The position numbers and the translations under genes are program-made. 64,000 bases of DNA from assembly GCF_964194025.1 (NCBI RefSeq), contig NC_134482.1, forward strand, positions 32,922,001 to 32,986,000, in the 5' to 3' direction. Within the stretch, counting starts at the first letter, position 1; every line of letters starts with the position of its first letter. The DNA is from Convolutriloba macropyga. Its lineage: Eukaryota. Shown here one piece after another: positions 53,735-64,000 of the stretch. The notes beneath the pieces are model-generated. The model ran no database searches and was not told the DNA's origin. It saw nothing but the letters and a program-made list of their open reading frames with translations.

Positions 53735-56408
53735 TACTCAAATGGGTTTTTCTTCAGACAATTTTGGCCGATCGATATATTCATCGTAGAGAAATGTGAT
53801 TGGTATAAAAGCTCGTCCAGTGTACAATTCGAAATTAAAAAGATTTTTTTGAATTTCGTTTGTTTCGAGGAGTTATCGAGGTTTAAAGTTTCATGTGAAC
53901 ACGAGATATTTGGTTCACTTTTGTTCACTTTTAGCCTAATTTTTGTCCGAATTAACATTTTTTCTATAAACATTTTAAATCAAAATTATCTTTCACGCTA
54001 CAAAAAGCATGAATTTGGTGCTCCTAAAACACGAAAGACGGTTAAAAAGACTCGTTCTGGTCTCATAGGGAAATTTACCATTAACAAAATTCGAATTCTA
54101 TTTGAGAGCTGTTTTTTTAGAAAATTTTTTACATTTTTTAAAGTAACTAAGAGATTAGTCACCATTCATATCGAGGTACCGTTAATGACAAACCTCAATT
54201 ACAGTCCAATGATGCCCAATAAACAAAAAATAAGCTTTCAAGCAATCGCTCATTTTTTTGGCTTCGACTCTCAGTGTTCGTGATTTTTAATAAAATTTTG
54301 ATTTGCTTTGAGATTTTACTGAATTTTTGAAGTCCTATGCCATAGACACGTTGACTAAAAGTGCAATAGTCTTCCTAAAAAGCATTAAGTGAACCTATAT
54401 CGTGCTTTGAGTGGACAGCTAATGGCTGTTAAGACTTAAAAAAATTATTTTTCTGAGCGTTAGCCGATCTAAAACTTATTTTTGCGAACTCTAAGTCAGT
54501 TTCAGTAACGACAGGACGCACGACTTTTCCATTGCAACCAAAATTAATCTGGATAGCTGTTCTATCTTCAATTATTGGTTTTATGACTTCGATGCGACGA
54601 GTTTTCAAACAAACTTTTAATTTTTGGATATTTTTTTCATAAATTTGTTTCCTTTTGGGATCTTATCACATTATCCTAATATTGATAGTTCCCATTGCCT
54701 CAAAGAAGACGTTAACAGAATCATGGATAAAGTTTTCATAGAAAAAGCTTGTGGATTAAATGGCCTTGAAACTTTCATCCCGCACTTTTCTAATGATTTT
54801 TTGGTTTTTGCCTGTATTTGTTATTGTTTTCATAGTCATATAGACTTATTCTGATGTCTTATGACTGGTCAACGAAAACATCATTATCTTCCCATCGAGG
54901 CATAATGAAGCTTATTTATTGACTTCCGTTGAAAGCTATTGAATTTAATGTCATTGAAACTACGGGTTTTCTCAAAGATTTCGAGGTTTTAAAATGTTTG
55001 TTCATATTTGTTGATTTTTTGAAGTCTTATAGTTAAAGAAAGAAGAATGCTATTGTTGTTAAAAACTAATTGAAAATAGAAACATTTGTACTGAAAGGTT
55101 CAATTTTTAATGGCTTCGACACTTTTGTCTCATTTATTAAAGAATTTGCTGTTTTTTTATTCTTTCTGTAGTCATAAAATGCTGAGATGTCTCATAAGCT
55201 TCCTATTGAGGATTGAATGAAATATATTACTCTATGCAGTCAGTTCATATCGAATATTGTTACAATTTTGGTAACATTCGTTTTCAATTTTTTTTATTTT
55301 TACGATTTTTGTTATTTGTATAGTTTTTTGCACATTTTTTGTTGTTCTTTTCGTCAACTTGTAATTTATTCTCCTTATTGAGAGGTCCCATCCAACTCCT
55401 TGTATTTCAAAAGATAAAACTTTCTTTTGATATTATGTCGTAATTGACGTTTTGTTTGTGGGACATTCGCGTAATAACCGAGCCCAATTATTTTCAAATG
55501 AGGCCCAAGTGAACTTATTTAAAATTTCAGGTCAATCAGTATAGATAACAATTGAAATATACTAAAAAAAACAATATTTAGATAATAGCTAATGATTTCA
55601 ATAATGGCTTCAAAAAATTGTGTTTTCGCAGATTATTCGTAATTTTGAACTTTTCTGCATCTTTAGTCCGTTTCTATGGCTTAGTCTAACCAAAGACAGA
55701 TTTTATTGGTTTCGTAATGACTTTTTATTGAATCTTTCGAGAATTATTTTGTTAAAAGGTCATGATTTTTAAGAAGTTTGAAATAATTCGATTTAAAAAA
55801 TGTTGATAGATTTTTGAATTTCGCCTCATTATTTTTTCTCTTTACCTGTTACCTAGTCTTGTTAAGGAAAAGTACCAACTGCTGTATAGCTAAGATAAAA
55901 AATTTGTGCAGTTGAGGTTTTATCTGATTGCATTTTGACGTTCATTAATAGGTGCTTTTACATTTAGATATTGAGTTTCTGCCATTATTTTTTTAGTTTA
56001 GCTTATTTTGTTTTTTTTCTCGTCGAGGTCCTTTCACTGGCAGATCTTGTGAGCGCTGTAATGAGGCATGGCATTATGTAATTCAATTAGTAGTTTGGGT
56101 GTGAAACGAATTTTTAAAACTCAAAAATCTATTTTTGGTTATCTCTTCATTTGGTTGACAATTAAGTCAAAAATTTAGATCAGCTCGGGTCGGAACTTCA
56201 TGTGCGAACGCACATTAACGAGCCTCCTTGTTGTAATGACTAACGAGATCTTTTCATCATGGGCACACAAAGCATTATCTGTGCAAAAGTGCGAATTTCC
56301 GGGTTCACACAGGTCTTAAAAAACTGTCTTGAAAAATTTCCCCTAATTTTTCGTTAAAATTACAAATAATACGCTGATGAAGTTCTGACCTTTATAAAAA
56401 ATTAACAG

Positions 56409-56788
56409 GTTCAGCGAGCCCACACAACTTCAGCCCCACAGACGAGCGAATTAGGCAAGTTGCAGAGCGGCGCGAGAAACTTGTCAGACAACGACACAAT
56501 TCTGCGCTGGAAAAGGAAGCCAAAAGCATCGAAGCTCACGACAAACTCAGCAAACGCACCAAAATACCCATGAAATATTTTGCTCAGACAGTTTCAACTC
56601 CCTCTGTTAAGCCGAAAAAGCGGGAACATCACGTGACTTACAACGTGAACAACCAAGGAAGTGGGATTAAATACCCGAATCAGTTTGGTAGTACTGATGA
56701 CGTAAGCAGCAGATTAAAAAGATATACGGACTTGAGCGACAGACCCGACTGGGTGGATGTTACGCATAAGGGTGGGTACCGAAAATAA
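56409..56788 (+). CDS. Uncharacterised gene, terminal exon 5
   Basis: attaacag|GT TCA..., phase 1, in frame with ORF 56570-56788 to TAA; AATAAA near 56837. Spliced CDS 2118 nt = 705 aa + stop. Confidence 0.75.
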
Positions 56789-57369
56789 TTATTATGCTGA
56801 AGTAAGAATGATATAATTCCAACGAATTTACAGACAATAAAACTACACTTGATCCTTAAATTTGTTCACTTGAGCAATTGCTGGTTTTCATTTCTTTCAC
56901 AATGGCCCAATCTCATCGAATGGGGGGGGGGGATAACTTCTAGTTATCCCGAGTATTTTGTCAATTCCATTTCCTCTACATATTTATCGGGATGACGGTC
57001 AAGCTAGCCGAATTTTGAACATGTCAAGTGACCTCGAAATTTCCGATAACCTGATTATAAATCATATGATATTCCTATTATAAATTGCTCGATAGCCGTC
57101 CAGCGCTTTCAGGGTTAAATCCAACAGCAACTGAGAAGCCTGGCTAAGAACAGCTGTTCCCTTTGGCTCGCAACCACCCCATGTACTGGATACGTAATAA
57201 ATTTCACGCAAAACGAGGTCGCGATTGTAACTATTAATAATTAACTGTTTCTGAAACATTATGTAGAGCTACCTCGGAAAATTGCGGTTTCAAGTATAAA
57301 CTTTTAAAACAATAGTTAAGAAAATCAGGGCGAAACAGCAAAAACTAACAGCAAAAATATCACGAAAAC

Positions 57370-57409
57370 CGCAATAGCTACGTACAGCTTACAACTTCGC
57401 AGCTAGAAT
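57370..57409 (-). mobile_element. Right terminus of a family A HINE (A8; left end not found)
   Basis: cgcaatagctacgtacagcttacaacttcgcagctag closely matches the A5 end (24129-24167). Confidence 0.5.
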
Positions 57410-58420
57410 AACTTCCACAGGTCACGTAATGACTCTTTGATTAAAAAAATTATTGCGAAGCATTTTCGAAAAAAAAAAACATTTTTCGTTTGAGCATGAG
57501 TTTTCTTTCATTGCTGTTTTGTTTATAGCCATTAGACGATGGTCATAATAAAGCTCAGATCGTTGAACTTATACAGTGAGTTCTTGAACCACAGAACAAA
57601 GGCTTTATTGCACTGATATCAATCTTAAGACTGAACTTTAAAAAGGATACTCGAAGATCTGCCATTGCACAACGTTCCGACCCCTTCAACAGCTAATTTT
57701 GCTCGATTTTCCAGCAAAAAGAAAACGAAAGATTCCCAAAAGCAAAATATAGATTAATTGAAATTTTAAGGCTTTTAAAAATATAACTATACAGTCCGTT
57801 GGTAACTCCAAGTTTTTTATTCATCAAATAAAGCAAAAAACTAAGAAAAGCTATCTAAAACAACAAATTTAATGTTCGAAAACAATAACTTTCTTTGAAT
57901 AAATAAACATTAAAAATATATTTTTTAAAATTGATCATCATTGCTACTAAAGAAGATCGATGGGTTGAAACATAGATAACATCACATTTAGTGAGATTTT
58001 GTTTTGTCTCCAAATTCCCGTTTTAAAATTTTCTCTTCCCGTAGCACACGGGAAATTTGAGTGGGCATGCACTTGCCTTTTGACCAATTGAGTTTTCTTT
58101 TAAATTTCGAATAAACACCCTATAAACGTTTCCCCAGAAAAAAATTCTTTAGAAAAAAGTTGGAGAAGGCTAATTCACGAATTTTTAGTGATATTAAAAT
58201 GTTTAAAGCCATCGTAGATAATTTTTAAATGTTTTAGGAAAAATCACCATGAATTTGATATTTTAGTTTTGAAAAATGTCTTTATAAAAATTATGCAGAG
58301 ATCACGCTAATTCTTTAAAATGAAATTCCAAAAATAATCAGGCGACTTGTTTACGGGCCATTCCTCAATTAATGCTTCTTTGACCATTTTTATAATAAAA
58401 ACACATTAAAAATTTTATTG

Positions 58421-59342
58421 AAAACCGACTAACACCGGATGAATTGCCCTCGAATGACTGGCGAAGTCATCAATTTTGAAAGAGTCACAGGCTAGAGGAA
58501 ATTATATGATGCAAAAATTTATGACTAGGTAGGGGTTCCAAACAGCGACCTCCCAGATGAGAATCTTGTGCATTAATGACTAAGATACTCGGGCCATGAA
58601 CGCTGTTCCATCACAATCAGTTTTATTATAACAACAGACTTCATTTCTGAATCCTCGCAATTGAAATCACTAAATAAAAATCAAGAAGTCAAGCGTGAAA
58701 AAATCACTCGAGAAGTGAAAACGAAAGAATATTCTGTAAGAAAACGGTCAAGCAAAATTTTTGAAACATACCCGGCAGATTGCCGGAAAATAGCCGCCGT
58801 TGATTCCAATAAGCATGATTGGGATTGAACGAATAGAATATATTGAAAAAAAAAGATTTTTGTACAAAAATATTTTTTAAGTCCGATTTATTTTGATGGC
58901 ATTTCGTAGTTGAACATACTTCTGTTTCTTAGAGAGAGGCTACAGGGGCTACTATCAACACCAATAAGCATTAGAGGTGGTAACTAAGACTTATAGGAAT
59001 GACGTTCAAATAGCGGGCATCTAAAATTGGGCTTTATGGGTTTATCCCGTTTCTATTTCTGACTTCAATTTTTTATACCGACTCTGTTCATTTTGAATTG
59101 CTTTGCTTAGCAACTGATGTTCAAATTCACTTTTAGCAGAATGAGAGAAGAGAGAAACTAGCCTAGAGATGTCAAAAAGATTTCACGCAAAATGTCGAAA
59201 AAGCGGCAAAATGGTAAAGCGAAAAAAAGTTTGACGAAGTAAAAAAAAAATACGAGCGCAATAATAGCCGGCTGAGAAGATGAGGGCGGCTATTAATAAA
59301 AAGACACACGTTTACAATAATTTATTAGTTCTAGAGCAATTA
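58421..59342 (-). mobile_element. HINE-like family B copy B5 (tRNA-derived segment 58523-58595), interrupted by A7
   Basis: accgactaacaccgg + aattgccctcg; right end aaaagacacacgtttacaataat...agagcaatt; collinear with B3 on both sides of the insert. Confidence 0.6.
58764..59296 (-). mobile_element. HINE-like family A copy A7 (no C insert), nested in B5
   Basis: aacatac + hairpin ccggca-gat-tgccgg + aatagccgcc / ggcggctatt (59285-59294). Confidence 0.7.
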
Positions 59343-62300
59343 CAAATATTGAAAAATATTGTAGTGTTTATTATTAATCATTTATTAACACAAAACAACT
59401 GGAGTGATCAGAAAAACTTTTTAAACAATTTTTCCATTTGAAAGGAAAAAATTGGTCTTAAGGTATGAGAATTATAACGAACTTCATAATTTCTGTGAGT
59501 TTTAACCAAAAATTTTAGCTAAAACCTGCATTTTCTTTAAAAATCTACCAACTGCTCATCAAACTTGAAATTCGAACAAGCCCTTTGAGCGAATACTGTA
59601 AACTGTACGGGTTTGACGCATACCTATATGCCGTTTAAAATTGAACAACCAAATTTAATTGCTCTCGCTTCACTTTTCTTAGGGTAGACCACAAGTTTAG
59701 GGTAAACAGATATATTTTTTTTAAATTCTCATATCATATCAGCAAAAATGAAATACAACTCCTTTGTGGAAATATTCTACTCGGCAAAGGTTAGCGAATG
59801 ATACCACTCCTGTCTTTATTTATCCGATGATTATTCACGGGGGGATAAAATGACAAACAAGTCCACCTAGCGAGTTACTTCCCTCGTGGGATGTTGTGGG
59901 AACAATTAAATAGGCGTACGGCAAGAAAAAGATCAACTTTAAGGAAAGCATGTCTTTCATCTGTACATTATCCTTTTCTTTAGTGTTTTTCGTCTAATCA
60001 CTCGGAAATCAGGCAGACCCCAAATAATCTTGTTAATACAAGAAAAATGCTCTCGACTTTTGAAATTTTGATTTAAATATAGTAGCATGAGTTCACAAAA
60101 AACTACTGAGTAATGAACGCAATCATCTTCGTTTTATTTTAGATTGGTCAAAGTGAGATCCGGCTGCTACGGAATAATTTGACAAACGGGAGAAATTGAG
60201 CAAAACTCAAACACATATACACTCTCAACGCCTAAACTTCTTTATACTTTTATGAGTGCCATGATTAATTAAATTGACAGTTTTGTGTCACGTTTTTATA
60301 CGGCCATTGTCATGTCATCATTTTGTCATCAAAGATCACAGTGCACTTTTCGTATAAACATGCAAATTAAGGCCGGATTTTGTAGGTGACTGGACAATAG
60401 AATGCAAATCGGCAGCGAAAAATAGTGACAATAAATCGGAAACGAAATCTGTTTTGGTTTGGTGATTAACAACAAAAACACAAATATAATTCAAAATTCT
60501 TTGTTAGATTCATATAAGTCCGACCCGTCGCTGAGGCATGGCCTCAATTGTACAAGAATGGTCAAATTCGCTAATCTCTGATTAAGTGCTGCCTACAATC
60601 TTAAAAGAATAGCTTAAATATAATTTATTGTGCCAATTTTACTGTTTTCGATCTATAGAATCTGTTCATCTATTTCGCAACCGTCGGTGTATTTTCTGCT
60701 CATCAACATTTCTACAACTGCTACTCAGTAGCCTGTATTAACTTTCACCGCGTATTAACTTTTCCATTTTCATACAGTCTTATATTGACAAAATCTTAGC
60801 GAGAGTTAAAGAGGCTGTTGCTCCCTATTAGTCAATTTGAAAAATGAAGAAATTATAAAGCACATTAGAAATATGGAACCACGCAAGAGGAAATGTGTGC
60901 CATCAATAGCAGCTCAAAAAAAAAGAAAATTAAAAACAAAAATATTCAATGCTATTGAGCAGATGCAAAAAAAGACAAAAGACGGGATGGATAACTTATC
61001 AATTATAACTAACTAATGTGATAAACGGAGCACAGCTGCCGGTGATGTCATTACTTAAATTAGCTTATATGCTATTGAAAAAAGCCGCAATTTCTTTTCA
61101 CAATTGCATACGTTTAAAATCAAAACGCAGCGCCTTCCCATCTATAAATTCAATCTTTTAGTATAGCCAACACTCAATATTATTTGGCAACAATCAACCG
61201 GCCAATCATTGGTAAACAAACATGATAAAACATTGTTAACCATGCCATGTTACTTGGAACGATAACATCAAGATATGTACTAATAGCATAGATCTTCAGG
61301 CAAGATAATCTCTCAATGCAACCAAGAAAGATTAACAATGGTATGGCAAGACGCACCACAATGGTTTAATATTTTCATATTTCAGAGCATAATGATTCAC
61401 TGGCAAATCGTGATTGTTTAAAACGATTTTTAGCAAACTCCAAGAAAATCTCAAAAAAACTTGAACAAGCGAGCTACTTGATATTCTAAAGGTTCATGAA
61501 AGTCAGTATTTTTAGTGCAGACTCCCAGGAATTTTGTAACTCATTGTTGGGAGAAAACTAGTACATTCGACAAGTTCGCTCAAAACATTCAAACAACAAA
61601 TGGTGGCTATTCAGAGCGAAGAAATGGAAAAAACCAAACGACGTTATCAATCGGCACAATAAATAAATAATGGTACCAGTTGTCTATGATTCAATTTTCA
61701 ATTTCATCAAAACCCTTTTTGGTATGGTATGCTAAAAACAAGGGATCTAACACTGAATAACCAAATCCACCCATATTTGGAGGCAAAAAATACAGATTAC
61801 ATATTTTTCAGAAAATCATTCCCTTCGCAACATTATTCTTTGAAATGATTAATATAAAATTAGAATTCAGACAATTTTGTTATCACGCAAGTCAGCAAAC
61901 AATTAGCATTGGCATAAAGTAAAGCAAAAGATGTCTAAAATTTGCCAGAAGCAAAATTCAAATTTTTATTTCCTTGAAAACATTTCATTGGCGAACTGTT
62001 GAAAAGCGATCTCTTCTTCAATTCCATTTTCTGATCTAATGAGATAACAGATTGCAAACGTGCACAAGTAAACTAGCCAAAATGCACAAAGATTATTTGA
62101 ACAACAAAAGGTTTTAAAAAGACGTGAGTAAAATTCAGCGCAATTTGATTACAATGTCAAAATTAAATTAAAAATGCTGTTTTCATTCTCAAATTGACAA
62201 CATGTTGTTCAGCTATATTTGCTTATAAATATTTTTCAAGGAGTTGAAATTCAGCTCGGAACCAACAAAAAAAAATTGAAACTTTTGATCCTATATTGTT

Positions 62301-63697
62301 ATTTAAGATTTTTTTAAGAATTAAAAATACTTCTCCGGTTGTTTAAAGTTAGACAATACTAAAAAGAAACAGCTGGTCGTTGTGTAGATTTTATTTGAAT
62401 CTGCAAAGAAGCGATCTAAAGTCTATGGAAAAAATTAAATTATCTCAAAACTTTGAATATAAATATTTTTTCATAATTCTGAAGCTTCTCATCTCAGCCA
62501 AAAATGCAGGAAAGGTTGCTTGCTTCTCAAATCTTAAAAGTCATTTGTACTCGCAAATTTTTCACAACGAAACCCAAATATTGACGTACAAGAAGACCTC
62601 AATATCTGAAAAACTGAAAACATTGGTTCTTGAAATATACAGAAATAATTATTTTCAAAAGCTTCCCATAGTTTACATTACAAAGCATTATCACATTTGT
62701 TTTCAAATGCTCATCAAACTAAATATATATCAGAATGTGCTTGCATTCCTTTCGTTGCATGGGTTTAGATAATGTTTTGGTAAAGAAAATTTCTAAAATT
62801 TGGCCAAGAAGAATTGAGGCAAAGTTTGGTTTTTACGCTTTGTTCTTGATAGTTTAGGGATCTTCAATGAATAACAAACTTTTCAAACATCAAAACGAAA
62901 AAGGAACACCTCACTGGTTCGATAATTGTTTACCTTCCAATTTTTTCAACGAAAATTTCTAAATTTGTACGGAAATGAAACAGCAAACTTGCCAATACCT
63001 GTCAATTTAACTCAGTCTTCATGAGTATATGTTTCCATCCAGATATATAAAAGAATCTGTAAACATTTGGCGATTGCATTCAACACCAAAACATGAAAAA
63101 ACATTCAGAAAATCTTGAAATGATTAAAATAATGGGCACGAAATCTAAATGAATACAGATGCAAGCGAGTAATGCTGTGGGAAGAATTGCTATAACTCTT
63201 AACTGTGGGACCACTCATGGGCCTTTCAGACAATTGAGCAGCAAAAAATCCACGTTGGTCTTCATGAACCTCGACCAGCCTTTTCTTTAATGAAAAATTA
63301 GACAATTGTAGTTGAAATGGGCTCAAATGCTTCAAAATTCTACTAATTGCAAAATTGGTGCAAAATTTTGAAAACCGCCATCAAAAGAGCTAAATCTATC
63401 CTCTGTTATCTTTTACAAATTGGGTTGAAAATGTAAGAAAGAAAAACTTTGATAAAATTTATCAAAACTATCCAACTTTGGACGACGATAAAAGTAAACA
63501 AAATTTCGTAAAAAAGGACGTTTCCACACAAGTTTATGCTCCAATAACTCCTGGAAAATAAGGAAATTCAAAAAACAATACAATCAAATAATCTGCACTT
63601 GACGGATTTTCTAATGATACCACTGACAACTTTTACAATAAATCTCTCGGCCAAATTTGATAAGGCGATAGGAGGACCCGGGTTGACAATTCTTAGT

Positions 63698-64000
63698 AGT
63701 CATACAAGGATCATACATGTCATACAAATTATACGCTATTTCTTAGTACGATCCTTGTATGATTGCTAGGAAATCATCAATGATTTTGTATGATTACCGG
63801 GACATCATATATGACCCTTTTATGACAACCAAGATATCATAAAAAGTTAAGAGGATTATGACACTTTTATGAATAGTGGGAAACCATTTACTACCGATGT
63901 ATGATTACAGGGGAATCATTTATGATCAAGTATGATTACCAGGAAATTATATATGCTTTTGTATGATAACCAGGAAATCATATATGATCCTTGTATGATA
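63698..64000. repeat. ~30-bp degenerate minisatellite running off the window end
   Basis: Unit approximately tgatccttgtatgattaccaggaaatcatata, preceded by an inverted partial unit gtcatacaaggatcata. Confidence 0.7.

Noticed and set aside
53687-54283. 198-aa ORF
   Set aside because: It starts within the LTR and runs across the insertion junction into AT-rich repeat DNA; no coding features.

Overview
AT-rich eukaryotic (most likely invertebrate metazoan) genomic DNA with GT-AG introns. It holds three protein-coding genes: ING3 (minus strand, 5 exons including a 43-nt micro-exon missed by the ORF track, about 479 aa), an intronless TLC-domain ceramide synthase (minus strand, 278 aa), and an unrecognised low-complexity gene (plus strand, 5 exons, 38891-56788, about 705 aa). 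The last intron of that gene carries a full-length, disabled BEL/Pao LTR retrotransposon (45862-53734, 5-bp TSD TACTC). The rest is repeat-rich: decayed LINE fragments, 0.9-kb and 3.2-kb tandem duplications, a GG...CC foldback/Merlin-like MITE and a minisatellite. The most notable structure is a set of about 19 non-autonomous Helentron/DINE-1-like (HINE) elements in three families (A, B, C). They share a + strand layout of AACATA, small hairpin, subterminal IR ... partial IR, subterminal IR, AA. Every copy I found has the same orientation. Nested insertions repeatedly sit 45-53 bp from the host element's terminus, which suggests end-targeted 'Matryoshka' insertion by rolling-circle elements. 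All alignments and identities were estimated by eye.
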